From positions 810 through 64,809 of the forward strand of contig JANWWF010000004.1 of the NCBI GenBank assembly GCA_025055755.1: 64,000 nt of DNA. The letters are read 5' to 3'. Numbering within the stretch: the stretch's first letter is position 1; every line of letters begins with the position of its first letter. Under the pieces are notes generated by a model. It was given only the letters and a program-made list of their open reading frames with translations, was not told the origin of the DNA and did not search any database. The stretch comes from Candidatus Kapaibacterium sp. (lineage in GTDB: Bacteria; Bacteroidota; Ignavibacteria; Kapaibacteriales; NICIL-2). Made by a program: the position numbers and the translations under genes. Of the stretch, positions 54,229 through 64,000 are shown in pieces.

Positions 54229-55494
54229 ATGCTGGACCTCCGTTTCATTCGCGAACATCCCAATCTGGTTGCACAGAATGCGCGCAATAAGCGACACGAG
54301 ATTGCTCTCGATCGCATCCTCGAATTAGACGTGCGTCGGCGTCAGCTTATCACGGAAACTGATGCTCTCAAGCATGAGCGTAACCGCGCCTCTGAGCACA
54401 TTGCACAGCTCAAAAAAGCCGGACAAGATGCTACCAGCGCCATCGCAGAGATGCGCAGCATTAGCGAACGCATCAAAGCCAATGACGAGCTCCTCCGCAC
54501 TATCGAGGCAGAGCTGGAGGAGCTTCTGCTGTGGATACCAAACATTGCGCACCAGAGCGTACCTGTGGGAGAAGATGCCAGTGCAAATGTCGTTGTGCGC
54601 TCGGTCGGAGAGCCTATTCCCGCCGAATGGCGCAAAGGACATCTGGAAATTGGTACAGTACTGGGCATCCTCGATTTTGAACGCGGCGCAAAGGTAACAG
54701 GCAGTGGTTTTGCTTTCTACGTTGGTTTAGGCGCAAAGCTTGAGCGGGCAATGATCAACTTGTTTTTGGATGTACACACCCAGCAGCATGGCTACAAGGA
54801 AATTATGCCCCCCTTCCTTACCAACCGGGCCTCGATGGTAGGAACAGGCCAATTGCCCAAACTTGCAGACGATATGTACCACTGCCCCACCGATGACCTG
54901 TTTTTGATCCCAACCGCTGAAGTTCCGTTGACAAACTACTTCCGCGGGGAAATTCTTCGAGAAAGAGACTTACCAATTAAGCTCTGCGGCTACTCGCCCT
55001 GCTTCCGACGTGAGGCGGGGAGCTACGGACGCGACACCCGTGGCTTTTTGCGCGTCCATCAATTCAACAAAGTTGAATTGGTCAAGTTTACCACCCCGGA
55101 AACATCCTACGACGAGCTGGAGCGTCTCGTCGCCGACGTTGAAGTGGTTCTCCGCCTACTGGAGTTACCCTACCGCGTCGTGCTGCTATGCACAGGAGAC
55201 ATGAGCTTTGCCAGTGCAAAAACCTACGACCTGGAAGTATGGTCACCAGTCGAGCAGCGGTATTTGGAGGTTTCTTCGTGTTCAAACTTCGAGGCATTTC
55301 AAGCACGGCGTGCACAGATACGCTATCGCCGCACCGACGGGCAACTCGATTATGTGCACACTCTCAATGGCAGTGGGCTGGCAACCTCGCGCATCATGGT
55401 AGCGCTGCTGGAACATCACCAGACAGCCGATGGACGAGTGCGTATTCCAGACGCCTTGCGCCCTTACGTCGGTTGCGATTACATTTCCTCATAG
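54229..55494 (+). CDS. serS: Serine--tRNA ligase
   Basis: MLDLRFIRE, LIPTAEVP, CFRREAGSYGRDTRG..RVHQFNKVE, EVSSCSN, HTLNGSGLA. Confidence 0.99.
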   Translation: MLDLRFIREHPNLVAQNARNKRHEIALDRILELDVRRRQLITETDALKHERNRASEHIAQLKKAGQDATSAIAEMRSISERIKANDELLRTIEAELEELLLWIPNIAHQSVPVGEDASANVVVRSVGEPIPAEWRKGHLEIGTVLGILDFERGAKVTGSGFAFYVGLGAKLERAMINLFLDVHTQQHGYKEIMPPFLTNRASMVGTGQLPKLADDMYHCPTDDLFLIPTAEVPLTNYFRGEILRERDLPIKLCGYSPCFRREAGSYGRDTRGFLRVHQFNKVELVKFTTPETSYDELERLVADVEVVLRLLELPYRVVLLCTGDMSFASAKTYDLEVWSPVEQRYLEVSSCSNFEAFQARRAQIRYRRTDGQLDYVHTLNGSGLATSRIMVALLEHHQTADGRVRIPDALRPYVGCDYISS

Positions 55495-55691
55495 CGCCGA
55501 TGATGCAACACAGTCCAAAATTTGAGCAGGAGAATATCGAAGTAATCGCCCGCACTCCTCCCTTATTGCGGACACCTTTTGCCAACCGCATGCGATGAAA
55601 GGTTTTGTCACTGCTGCAAATAAGCAGCATAGCCATTCGTTTTGTGCCTTCGACCTAATTGTCGGTAAAACCATCACGGAATAGAACCTCA

Positions 55692-56288
55692 ATGCAAGAA
55701 CCACAGCCGAAGCCTGAATTGACACCAGAACTGGAACGCAGTCTGATCGGAAGTACCATTGCACGGACGCTGCTGGAGCAGCGCAAAGTCTTCCTCTGGG
55801 GACAGGTCGACGACGACAGCGCCCGCGAGGTCATTGACCGCTTGCTGTACCTGGATGCAATCAATCCGGGGAAAGAAATCACGCTCTACATCAATTCGCC
55901 TGGCGGCTATGTGACCTCCGGCATGGCGATCTACGACTGCATACGGGCACTGCATTCTCCTGTCTCGACCGTCTGCATGGGACTGGCAGCCTCGATGGGC
56001 TCGATTCTCCTGTCGGCAGGAGTCAAAGGGCGCCGCTTCATCTTTCCCCACGGCCGTGTTATGATCCACCAACCCAGTGGCGGTGCCGCCGGCACAAGTT
56101 CGGACATTGAAATCCAAATGCGGGAAATCCTCAAGATCAAGGAGATCAGTGCTCGCATACTGGCGGAAAACACTGGTCAACCGATAGAACGCATTCTGCA
56201 AGACTTCGACCGGGACTATTGGATGGATGCACGGGAATCAGTCGAGTATGGAATCGTGGATGCCGTCATCGAGCGATTTGACAGATAG
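55692..56288 (+). CDS. clpP: ATP-dependent Clp protease proteolytic subunit
   Basis: LYINSPGG, GLAASMG, MIHQP, DRDYWM...YGIVD. Confidence 0.96.
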   Translation: MQEPQPKPELTPELERSLIGSTIARTLLEQRKVFLWGQVDDDSAREVIDRLLYLDAINPGKEITLYINSPGGYVTSGMAIYDCIRALHSPVSTVCMGLAASMGSILLSAGVKGRRFIFPHGRVMIHQPSGGAAGTSSDIEIQMREILKIKEISARILAENTGQPIERILQDFDRDYWMDARESVEYGIVDAVIERFDR

Positions 56289-56727
56289 ATTTGAGATTCG
56301 CTCGCCGCAAACGGCGTATGAATGGGAGCAGTACTATCAGCTTCGCTACCGTATCCTCCGGCAGCCATGGGGAGCACCCCCTGGCTCTGAGCGAGACGAA
56401 CTGGAGGACTTTGCCATCCATCGCATCGTTGTTGAGCGAGCAACAGGACGCATCGTTGGATGCGGACGCATCCATCGTCGCCCGGATGGAAGTGCTCAAA
56501 TCCGCTTTATGGCTGTTGAAGAGGGCTACCGGAGTATGGGAATTGGTTCGTTGCTTCTTGGTTCACTCGAGGAATGGGCAAAAAGCCAAGGAATTGACAC
56601 CATCATCCTGTACGCTCGAACAACCGCCGTCCGATTTTATCTGCAGCATGGCTACGAACTTGTTGCTCGGGCGCACACGCTCTACGGCGCTATTGAGCAC
56701 GCTCTGATGCAGAAACGCGTAACGTAA
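56260..56727 (+). CDS. GNAT family N-acetyltransferase
   Basis: LRYRILRQPW, QIRFMAV...YRSMGIGS, AVRFYLQHGY; start uncertain (56260 or TTG 56278). Confidence 0.88.
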   Translation: MPSSSDLTDRFEIRSPQTAYEWEQYYQLRYRILRQPWGAPPGSERDELEDFAIHRIVVERATGRIVGCGRIHRRPDGSAQIRFMAVEEGYRSMGIGSLLLGSLEEWAKSQGIDTIILYARTTAVRFYLQHGYELVARAHTLYGAIEHALMQKRVT

Positions 56728-57631
56728 GATCGTCGTGATCGTCGGGATGGTGAGCGCTTTCCAGATGACTGGTTACGTCACTGGGACGGTTGAGTGCTTC
56801 AGCGACGCGACGTTCTACCTCCGAGGCAATACGATGGGCTTCCTCGATAGGTGTGCCATCGGGGAATTGCAAGTGGAAGTCCACGTACATGCGTTCCCCT
56901 GCCTCTCGCATGCGAAGGCGATGGTAGCCCACCATGGGATGTTCGAGCATGAATGCATCCAGCACGGAGCGGACCTGCCCAACCAGGCGGGGATCAGCAG
57001 TGTCCATGAGCCCAAGAATTGCTCGCCGCACTAAGCTGTATCCTTGAGCGAGAATGTGTGCGCCAAATACCAGTGCGCAGAGGGGATCGAGCGCAAGCCA
57101 TCCCGTCCCCAATGCTGCTCCAAGCCCCAAGACTGCCCCCGCACTTGTCCACGCATCGGTAAGGATGTGGCGTCCATTTGCCTCCACAACCAGCGAATGG
57201 GTACTCTTCCCAACCTGAACCAGATACCACCCCAGCAGTCCGTTGACAGCACCTACGCCTGCTGTCAATGCTATGCCCAGACCCAGCTGGTGCAGTTGCA
57301 CCCCCTCGATAAGTTCACTAATAGCAGTAACGACAATGAAAATTCCTGCCAGCCCAACTAAGCCACCCTCGAAGCCAGCACTGAAGTAGGCAATTTTTTC
57401 ATGCCCATACGTGTGGTCTTCATCCGGGGGACGGTAACTCCACCGCAGGGATAACCACGCAAATGCCACTGCTACCTGGTGCACCACCGACTCCAACGCG
57501 TCCGAGAGAATCACTGTCGAACTGGTGCGGAGATATGCATACCACTTGACCCCGAGCAAAAGAATGCCTATCCCCAGGGAAAGATTCATTGCTCGCTGTT
57601 GCACGCTGCGGTGGAATAAGCCAAACGCCAT
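56690..57631 (-). CDS. Cation diffusion facilitator (FieF-like) transporter
   Basis: SDALES, PPDEDHTYGHEK, HILTDAWTS, LDP, GLMD, DFHLQF..IEEAH. Confidence 0.92.
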   Translation of the reverse strand: MAFGLFHRSVQQRAMNLSLGIGILLLGVKWYAYLRTSSTVILSDALESVVHQVAVAFAWLSLRWSYRPPDEDHTYGHEKIAYFSAGFEGGLVGLAGIFIVVTAISELIEGVQLHQLGLGIALTAGVGAVNGLLGWYLVQVGKSTHSLVVEANGRHILTDAWTSAGAVLGLGAALGTGWLALDPLCALVFGAHILAQGYSLVRRAILGLMDTADPRLVGQVRSVLDAFMLEHPMVGYHRLRMREAGERMYVDFHLQFPDGTPIEEAHRIASEVERRVAEALNRPSDVTSHLESAHHPDDHDDLTLRVSASERAQ

Positions 57632-57689
57632 GCAATGACGGCTAACAACTGTGGATGTATCTTTGTGCGAATGCACCACGAAATTAGCG

Positions 57690-58514
57690 ATGAGTAACCT
57701 TGCTTGGCGTGTTATTGTTGCAATTGTTGGTATCCCCGCCATCGTAGCGATTGTTGTTGCAGGGGGATGGTGGATGGCTGGTTTTCTTGCGCTTCTTTCT
57801 GCGGTTGGAGCGGGAGAGTTCTACCGCATGGCGGAAGTTCAGAATATTCGCCCTATCTGGGCACCGGGTATTGCAACCGCAGCTTTACTTCCGTTGCTGG
57901 TTGCTGCGGGCGATAGCAGGAGCATCCTTGCCCTCCTGGCATTGGGTGTCGCGGGAGCATTTACAGTCCAGCTGCAGCGAGGCATTCCGGGAGCATTCAC
58001 CGCAATTGCAACAACAGTTGCAGGAGCAGTGTATCCGGCAGCATTGTTGGTGTGGTTGCTGCTGCTGCGCCAATGGCACACGTCCCCATCCGATGGCGCA
58101 TGGCTGGTGATAGCACTGCTTGGGGGAATATGGCTATGTGACAGTAGTGCCTACTTTGTCGGCCGTGGCATGGGCAAACATCCACTTGCCCCCCGCCTCA
58201 GCCCAAAGAAAACTTGGGAAGGAGCAATCGCAGGTCTTGCAGCAGCAATAGCATGGTCGGCCATAGTGATTCCGACGGTACTTTCCTGGGGTACAGTGTG
58301 GCTGGGAGTACTGATTGGCATCATCATTGGCGTTGTCGGCCAAGGAGGGGATGTTGCAAAGTCGCTCCTCAAACGCGACGTCGGCATTAAGGACAGCTCT
58401 GCAATCATCCCTGGCCATGGCGGCGTACTCGATCGTTTCGACAGTGCTATGGCGGCAGCACCGGCAGTGTATTTACTGCTGATCGTGCTCCAACGGAGTG
58501 GTCTTATTCCATAG
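57690..58514 (+). CDS. cdsA: Phosphatidate cytidylyltransferase
   Basis: DSSAYFVG, SPKKTWEG, LKRDVGIKDS..IPGHGGVLDRFDS; TATCTTTG -7 element at 57658-57665. Confidence 0.96.
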   Translation: MSNLAWRVIVAIVGIPAIVAIVVAGGWWMAGFLALLSAVGAGEFYRMAEVQNIRPIWAPGIATAALLPLLVAAGDSRSILALLALGVAGAFTVQLQRGIPGAFTAIATTVAGAVYPAALLVWLLLLRQWHTSPSDGAWLVIALLGGIWLCDSSAYFVGRGMGKHPLAPRLSPKKTWEGAIAGLAAAIAWSAIVIPTVLSWGTVWLGVLIGIIIGVVGQGGDVAKSLLKRDVGIKDSSAIIPGHGGVLDRFDSAMAAAPAVYLLLIVLQRSGLIP

Positions 58515-58525
58515 AACAACGACGA

Positions 58526-59608
58526 ATGAGCACTGCAGCACTTATCCTGGCAGGTGGCACAGGCGCCCGTCTCTATCCCCGAAGTCGGCAGGCACGCCCC
58601 AAACAGCTTATTCACCTTCTCGGCGAGGGCACCCTTATCCAAAACACCTTCGCGCGTCTTGCACCCCTTTTCGAGCCAGCCGACACGTATGTCGTCACAA
58701 CCGAAGAATTAGCGCCTCTTGTGGCAGAGCAACTTCCTGCCATTGATCCCCGCCATATCATCGTCGAGCCGTTTCGGCGCAATACAACCGCTGCTTTGGC
58801 GCTTTCAGCAGTCGTGCTCGAGCGGCAGTATGGTCCAGACTTAGTGATTGCCGCTCTTCCCTCCGATCACTTGATTTCCAACGTTCGTGAATTTCACCAA
58901 GCGTTGGAAGCAGCTATTGAAATCGCCCGTCGCCACGATGCCATCGTGACTATAGGGCTTGTTCCTACGCGAGCAGAAACTGCTTTCGGATACATTCAAG
59001 TTGCGGAAGAGCCATTACCCGAAGCCGCTACTGCGACGACCTATCGAGTCCGCGTGTTCGCCGAAAAACCCGATAGCGCTACTGCTGAGCGGTTCGTGAA
59101 TGCTGGTGACTTTCTCTGGAACAGTGGAATTTTTGTCTTCCGCCTCGATGTATTCTGGAACGAACTGAGCACTCACCTGCCCGAGCAAGCAGAGCTTTTC
59201 GCAGAACTGCGTCATGCACACGACCCGCAGGCTTTTCCCACGCTTGTTGAAAACATCTACGGTCGCATTCGTGCTATCTCGTTCGACTACGGGGTTTTAG
59301 AAAAAACAACAAATGTCCTGTGCGTGTTGGGAACGTTCGAATGGAGCGACCTTAGTTCATGGGATGAACTTTGGCGCCTGCAGAAAAAAGATCCTCGCCA
59401 AAACGTGCTCGAAGGAAGCATTTACCCCATCGATACCAAGCGATGCTACGTGAGTGCATTTACCAAGGTTGTTGCCTTGGTAGATGTCGAGGACTTAATT
59501 GTGGTGGATTCTGAGGACGTGTTGCTTATCTGCCGTCGTGGCTCAAGCCAACGTGTTGCGGAGGTGGTGGACCTATTCCGTCGGAAGGGGAATTCCGCCT
59601 TGCTCTAA
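58526..59608 (+). CDS. manC: Mannose-1-phosphate guanylyltransferase
   Basis: ILAGGTGARLYPRSR..PKQ, PSDH, FAEKPD, WNSGIF, ISFDYGVLEK, WSDL. Confidence 0.93.
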   Translation: MSTAALILAGGTGARLYPRSRQARPKQLIHLLGEGTLIQNTFARLAPLFEPADTYVVTTEELAPLVAEQLPAIDPRHIIVEPFRRNTTAALALSAVVLERQYGPDLVIAALPSDHLISNVREFHQALEAAIEIARRHDAIVTIGLVPTRAETAFGYIQVAEEPLPEAATATTYRVRVFAEKPDSATAERFVNAGDFLWNSGIFVFRLDVFWNELSTHLPEQAELFAELRHAHDPQAFPTLVENIYGRIRAISFDYGVLEKTTNVLCVLGTFEWSDLSSWDELWRLQKKDPRQNVLEGSIYPIDTKRCYVSAFTKVVALVDVEDLIVVDSEDVLLICRRGSSQRVAEVVDLFRRKGNSALL

Positions 59609-59639
59609 GTGGCAAGGTATTTGCGCAGAGTCAAGCAGA

Positions 59640-60071
59640 ATGGACATGCAGCGAACGCTTGGCAAGCTTTTCGTCGGCATTGCTTTTTGCAGCATTCTCT
59701 TGAGTGGCTGCACTTCCGCTGTGCGCTACCGCAGCACCGTGCAGGAGGGTACACGCGCTGTACGTACTCCTCCTACTCCGCAGCGAGGGCTCGCATCGTA
59801 TTACCACGACGATTTCCATGGCAGACGCACCGCCAGCGGCGAAGTATTTCGCCAAGACCGCCTAACTGCTGCCCACCCGACCCTTCCATTTGGGACCCGT
59901 GTTCATGTGCGAAATCTGCGGAATGGCCGAAGTGTTGTCGTCCGCATTACTGACCGTGGTCCTTTTGTCCCTGGGCGTATCATTGACCTATCGCGTGCTG
60001 CAGCCGAACATCTCGGTATGCTTGCTGACGGAATCGCGGAGGTGGAAATCATACCGCTGGAAGAGCCTTGA
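59640..60071 (+). CDS. rlpA: RlpA-like lipoprotein (septal lytic transglycosylase, DPBB domain only)
   Basis: Lipobox LLSGC; GLASYY, TASGE, TAAHPTLPFGT, DRGPF..GRIIDLS. Confidence 0.92.
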   Translation: MDMQRTLGKLFVGIAFCSILLSGCTSAVRYRSTVQEGTRAVRTPPTPQRGLASYYHDDFHGRRTASGEVFRQDRLTAAHPTLPFGTRVHVRNLRNGRSVVVRITDRGPFVPGRIIDLSRAAAEHLGMLADGIAEVEIIPLEEP

Positions 60072-60151
60072 CCGGTTCCCCATGCTGGGTATTGCTCCTT
60101 GTCAGCAACACGGCTAATTTCGTTCGCGTGTCTTTCTTGCTTGACTGCGTG

Positions 60152-60628
60152 ATGGTGCATTTTTTCTCATCGCTACTTGGAGCATTCTTGGTCGCTGGAA
60201 TGCTTAGCTGTTCGGAAGTGCCGCGATACGTGCTCCTTTACGAACAGAGCGGAGGATTAGGTGGCGTGCGAGAGTATCGCCTTCAGATTGACTCCAACCG
60301 ATGGTGTTCAGTCGAATTGCTCCAAAGCACAGACACCGTTCGACGCTTCCTGAGGCGACTGGATGCGCACACTTACGAGCGGCTTTGGCGTATGCTTTCG
60401 GCAGCAGAGCTTTGGTTGCCCGATACAGCGCATCAAGACGAGCCATTGCGAGCAGATGCTCCATACCGTGAGCTTCGCCTCCGCACAGGCGGGCAGGAAA
60501 AGTCCGTGATTGTTCGCCATGCACCATCGGACGCCTTGCAGCCACTGTTGGTGGCGCTCGATTCTCTGGCGGAAGGAATGCTCAGCTCCCCAACGGTCTC
60601 TCCTCGACAGTCTTCCCGCAGACAATAG
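60152..60628 (+). CDS. Lipoprotein resembling emfourin (M4 inhibitor)/DUF6438
   Basis: Lipobox MLSC; YEQSGGLGG..., ADAPYRELRL..GGQEKSV...LQPLL. Confidence 0.65.
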   Translation: MVHFFSSLLGAFLVAGMLSCSEVPRYVLLYEQSGGLGGVREYRLQIDSNRWCSVELLQSTDTVRRFLRRLDAHTYERLWRMLSAAELWLPDTAHQDEPLRADAPYRELRLRTGGQEKSVIVRHAPSDALQPLLVALDSLAEGMLSSPTVSPRQSSRRQ

Positions 60629-60679
60629 AGCGCAACCGCTCGACGTTTTATCGCTTTACTGTATTTTGCTCAAAGTCCT

Positions 60680-62524
60680 ATGCATAGACGCTGGAGTGCT
60701 TACTTGCTGGTGTGGGTAGGAGTGCAGCATGCCGCTGGTGCTGCCACTGACTCGTATCGTGTGACGCTTGATCTTGCTGGCTGCCGCAACGATCAGATTC
60801 AAGTAACCGTCCAGCTCCCTACCACTGCTGCGTGCACCGAATGCCGGTTCGTATTCCCCCGTTCAGTGCCGGGCACTTATTCTCTCGACCGCTACGGGCG
60901 CTTCATCACCGATGCACGCGCATACGATGCCAACGGTGATTCGTTGCCGGTTAGTCGGGACGAGGACGACATTGTCACCAAAGGGAAGCCTGCTCGGATT
61001 ATCTACACGGTCAACGACACATGGGATGACCCGAAAGGCAAGGAAGTCTTCAATCCCACCGGCAGCAACATCCAATGTGACACAAACTTTGTGCTCAACT
61101 TCCACGCATTCGTCGGCTACCTGGATGGATACAAGCACTTGCCCTACGAAGTCACCATCCGTAAGCCCCAAGGTTTCTACGGAAGCACCTCACTTCGCCG
61201 CCTAAGCCAAAGCGACACTGCAGATGTTTTCCGCGCTCGCTCGTACATGGAGCTGGTGGATAACCCTGCGATGTATTGCATTCCCGACACTGTTAGCTTC
61301 ATCCAGAACGGAACGCAGGTACTGGTGGCGGTGTACTCCCCAAACAAAGTGATGCGTGCAGCATCCGTCGCAGAAATGCTCAAACCAACGCTTGCTGCTG
61401 TTGCCCGTATGCTTGGCACTATGCCCGTCGATCGCTACACGTTTCTTTTCTACTTTGCGGGACGTCACCAGCGGGACATCCTGGGAGACCTTTCTTTCGG
61501 AGCATTGGAGCATCCATACTCGTCGTTTTACTTTCTGCCCGAAGGACGCAGTGCGGATGAAACTGCTCGCTTTATGATTCAATCTACCGCGGCGCATGAG
61601 TTTTTGCACATTCTTGTCCCGCTGAATTTGCACAGTGAAGAGATCGCCGATTTCGACTTCCGCTCGCCAAAGATGTCGCGTCACTTGTGGCTTTATGAGG
61701 GCTGCACCGAATATTTCCAGCAGTTGGCACGAGCCCAGGATACTCTGTTGAGTCCCGAGGAATTTGTGCGGGATTTGCTGGGGAACATGCGAATGCTCCA
61801 GTACTTCTACCGGCAGCGTCCGATTTCGCTGGTTGAACTAAGCCAACGAGTGCTCGAACCTCAGTATCAGAAGCTCTACCCGGTCATCTATGCGCACGGA
61901 CCAGTGGTAGCATTCTGCCTGGACATTACTATACGCCGACTAAGCAAGGGCACACTGGACTTGCTTAGCGTCATTCGCACCCTTATGCACAAGTATGGAC
62001 CCGAGCGTCCTTTCCGCGATGATGCACTTTTCGACGAGTTTAGTGCCTTAGTTCATCCTTCGCTTCGAGAGTTCTTTCGTCGTTATGTGGAAGGAACCGA
62101 GCTGCCACCTATTGGGGAGTGCCTTGAAGCGCTTGGCTATCGCTACAGTGACAGCAGCCAGGTGGAGATGTACGAATTCTCCTCAACGTCGATTTCACTG
62201 CGTCGCAATGTAGAAGAGCCCATTATCGTCACCCGGCAGCCGGGCAACGATTTTGGCTTCCGCAATGGCGACACACTTGTGCGAATCAACAGCATGCTGG
62301 TAACACCAGAGAACAAGTACAACCTCGTAAGTCGCTTTATTTGGTCCCCTGAGTCTGCCGATACAGTGCGGGTGGTCGTGCGCCGAGCGGAAGGAGAAGT
62401 AGAGCTTCGTGCTGCACCCCGTCGGATTTATCGCACTATGCGATACGTTTTTCAGGACAATCCTCATCCGCCTGCGGAAGCGCTGGCACTGCGTGCAGCT
62501 TTCTTCCGCAAAAGCAGCCAGTAA
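60680..62524 (+). CDS. M61 glycyl aminopeptidase with PDZ domain
   Basis: Signal peptide; VPGTYS, GALEH, AHEFLH, WLYEGCTEY, PDZ-like GDTLVRIN. Confidence 0.92.
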   Translation: MHRRWSAYLLVWVGVQHAAGAATDSYRVTLDLAGCRNDQIQVTVQLPTTAACTECRFVFPRSVPGTYSLDRYGRFITDARAYDANGDSLPVSRDEDDIVTKGKPARIIYTVNDTWDDPKGKEVFNPTGSNIQCDTNFVLNFHAFVGYLDGYKHLPYEVTIRKPQGFYGSTSLRRLSQSDTADVFRARSYMELVDNPAMYCIPDTVSFIQNGTQVLVAVYSPNKVMRAASVAEMLKPTLAAVARMLGTMPVDRYTFLFYFAGRHQRDILGDLSFGALEHPYSSFYFLPEGRSADETARFMIQSTAAHEFLHILVPLNLHSEEIADFDFRSPKMSRHLWLYEGCTEYFQQLARAQDTLLSPEEFVRDLLGNMRMLQYFYRQRPISLVELSQRVLEPQYQKLYPVIYAHGPVVAFCLDITIRRLSKGTLDLLSVIRTLMHKYGPERPFRDDALFDEFSALVHPSLREFFRRYVEGTELPPIGECLEALGYRYSDSSQVEMYEFSSTSISLRRNVEEPIIVTRQPGNDFGFRNGDTLVRINSMLVTPENKYNLVSRFIWSPESADTVRVVVRRAEGEVELRAAPRRIYRTMRYVFQDNPHPPAEALALRAAFFRKSSQ

Positions 62525-62567
62525 ATCAAGATTCTTTCCCCGTCGCTGCGTAGTATGACGGGGTCCG

Positions 62568-64000
62568 TTAGCGCTTTGCAGAGACCTTGTTCGACGGCAA
62601 CTTTTCTGCTTTTTGCTTTGCGCTCACGTTTTTCTTTTTCTCTAACGGTGCCTCTTCCAGCCCATAGCGTCGGAGTAACTCTGCAAGCTGCTTTTCGCTT
62701 ATCGCAAGCATACGGGCAGCAGCAGTGTGATTTCCCCCTGCCAGTGCAAGCGTTTGAGCAATGAGCTCTCGGACAACTGTATCCAGCGGTGCACCGTTGT
62801 CGGAAATGACCAGCTGATACTCTCCCGGTGCTAAGGTGGAGCGCACACTTACTCCCTTCGTTGGTGGTGTCCAATCCATGCGCAAGAAGGACAACTGCTC
62901 GCGCGTAATGACCGGACCTGTGCTTAGAAGGACTGCGCGTTCGATTACATTTCGCAGCTCGCGCACGTTGCCTTTCCAGTGGTATTGCTGCAACAGCTCA
63001 GCTGCTTGCGGCTCAAATCCCTCGATTGCCTTGCCAAATTTTGCGTTGAACTCCTTGATAAACGCTGCTGCCAGGAGGGGAATATCCTCTTTTCGTTCGC
63101 GTAAAGGGGGCAAGTAGATTGTAGCCACATTGAGTCGATAGTAGAGGTCCTCCCGAAACTTCCCTTCCTCGACGAGTTTTTCCAGGTCGCGGTTGGTAGC
63201 TGCAATCACCCGTACATCTACGCTGATTTCCTTAGAGCCACCGAGGCGGTAGAACTTACGCTCCTGCAGTACCCGGAGCAGCTTTACCTGCATTTCGGGA
63301 CTGAGCTCACCAATTTCATCGAGAAGAATCGTACCACGATGTGCCTGTTCGAAACGTCCTTGGCGCACTTTGTCGGTGGCACCGGTAAACGCACCTCGCT
63401 CATAGCCGAACAGCTCGCTTTCTGCAAGCTCGCGGGGAATTGCTCCACAGTTGACCGTAATAAACGGTCCCTTTGCCCGTGCCGATTGTTGATGGATGAA
63501 GCGGGCAATGACTTCCTTGCCTGTCCCTGACTCCCCAAGAATGAGCGCTGTTGTATCGGGAGATTTGGCAACGATGGTCGCAATCTGGAGTGCCTTGCGA
63601 AGCGCCTCGCTCGAGCCGATGATATTGCTGGTAGTGTAGCGCGCCAATTCTTCCTCCAACATAGACACCTGCCGTCGCATTGCGTCGTGCTGGAGCACTC
63701 GTTCGACCACCACTTCGAGCTGCTCCAAATCGATTGGCTTGGCGATGAATTCATCGGCTCCCGCTTTCATCGCACGAACCGCGGTTTTAATGTCCCCAAA
63801 TCCTGTCATCACAATAACCGGCACACGGACTCCCTCTCGCCGTAGGTGTTCCAACAGGTCTATGCCATTAGCTCTGCCCAGGTAAATATCCAACAAAACC
63901 ACATCTGGTGCAATCGTTTCGAACTCTTCGAGCGCCTGTTGGGGATCGGGCACATGCACAACTCGTTCATATCGCACCGAGAGAGCATGGACGATAGATT
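62568..64000 (-). CDS. sigma54-dependent response regulator (NtrC family: REC-AAA-HTH); 5' end outside the window
   Basis: LLDIYL (phospho-Asp), [48 protein letters not shown], Fis HTH; frame open past 63977. Confidence 0.95.
   Translation of the reverse strand, partial: SIVHALSVRYERVVHVPDPQQALEEFETIAPDVVLLDIYLGRANGIDLLEHLRREGVRVPVIVMTGFGDIKTAVRAMKAGADEFIAKPIDLEQLEVVVERVLQHDAMRRQVSMLEEELARYTTSNIIGSSEALRKALQIATIVAKSPDTTALILGESGTGKEVIARFIHQQSARAKGPFITVNCGAIPRELAESELFGYERGAFTGATDKVRQGRFEQAHRGTILLDEIGELSPEMQVKLLRVLQERKFYRLGGSKEISVDVRVIAATNRDLEKLVEEGKFREDLYYRLNVATIYLPPLRERKEDIPLLAAAFIKEFNAKFGKAIEGFEPQAAELLQQYHWKGNVRELRNVIERAVLLSTGPVITREQLSFLRMDWTPPTKGVSVRSTLAPGEYQLVISDNGAPLDTVVRELIAQTLALAGGNHTAAARMLAISEKQLAELLRRYGLEEAPLEKKKNVSAKQKAEKLPSNKVSAKR

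Noticed and set aside
1-64000. rRNA, tRNA, CRISPR array, IS element, integrase or prophage genes
   Set aside because: None seen; all intergenic gaps are under about 320 bp and show no periodic repeats or cloverleaf signatures by eye

Overview
A 64 kb gene-dense chromosomal window, mostly housekeeping, from a bacterium of the Bacteroidota-Chlorobiota (FCB) group. Recurrent TAnnTTTG -7 promoter elements, type IX secretion (T9SS) C-terminal domains, an archaeal/eukaryotic-type ProRS and a flagellar flhA suggest a Kapabacteria/Ignavibacteria-like lineage; this taxonomy is an inference. About 55 CDS are supported, including crcB, proS, scpAB, gmd, pqqL-like M16, icd, dnaK, dprA, nuoAB, murG, kynU, mlaE, flhA, sixA, a patatin-Omp85 fusion, acyP, nrdJ, menA, acpS, pyrE, serS, clpP, cdsA, manC, rlpA, an M61 peptidase and an NtrC-type regulator. 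I saw no rRNA, tRNA, CRISPR array or intact mobile element. The best candidate for an undescribed system is the envelope locus at 40.8-48.1 kb. It encodes a small Cys-rich secreted protein, a 731-aa single-pass protein whose N-terminus resembles a divergent GldM/PorM motor subunit, two paralogous predicted outer-membrane beta-barrel proteins, and a VWA-OmpA protein. Other leads are a highly paired, switch-like 5' leader of nrdJ, a relic of the ATPase domain of a Csx3/Crn3 CRISPR ancillary protein, a Tat+T9SS DUF1501/DUF1800 pair in a low-GC block, an emfourin-like lipoprotein beside an M61 peptidase, an orphan sigma54-driven flhA, and a frameshifted HD gene. All family calls come from reading motifs by eye; no database searches were run.
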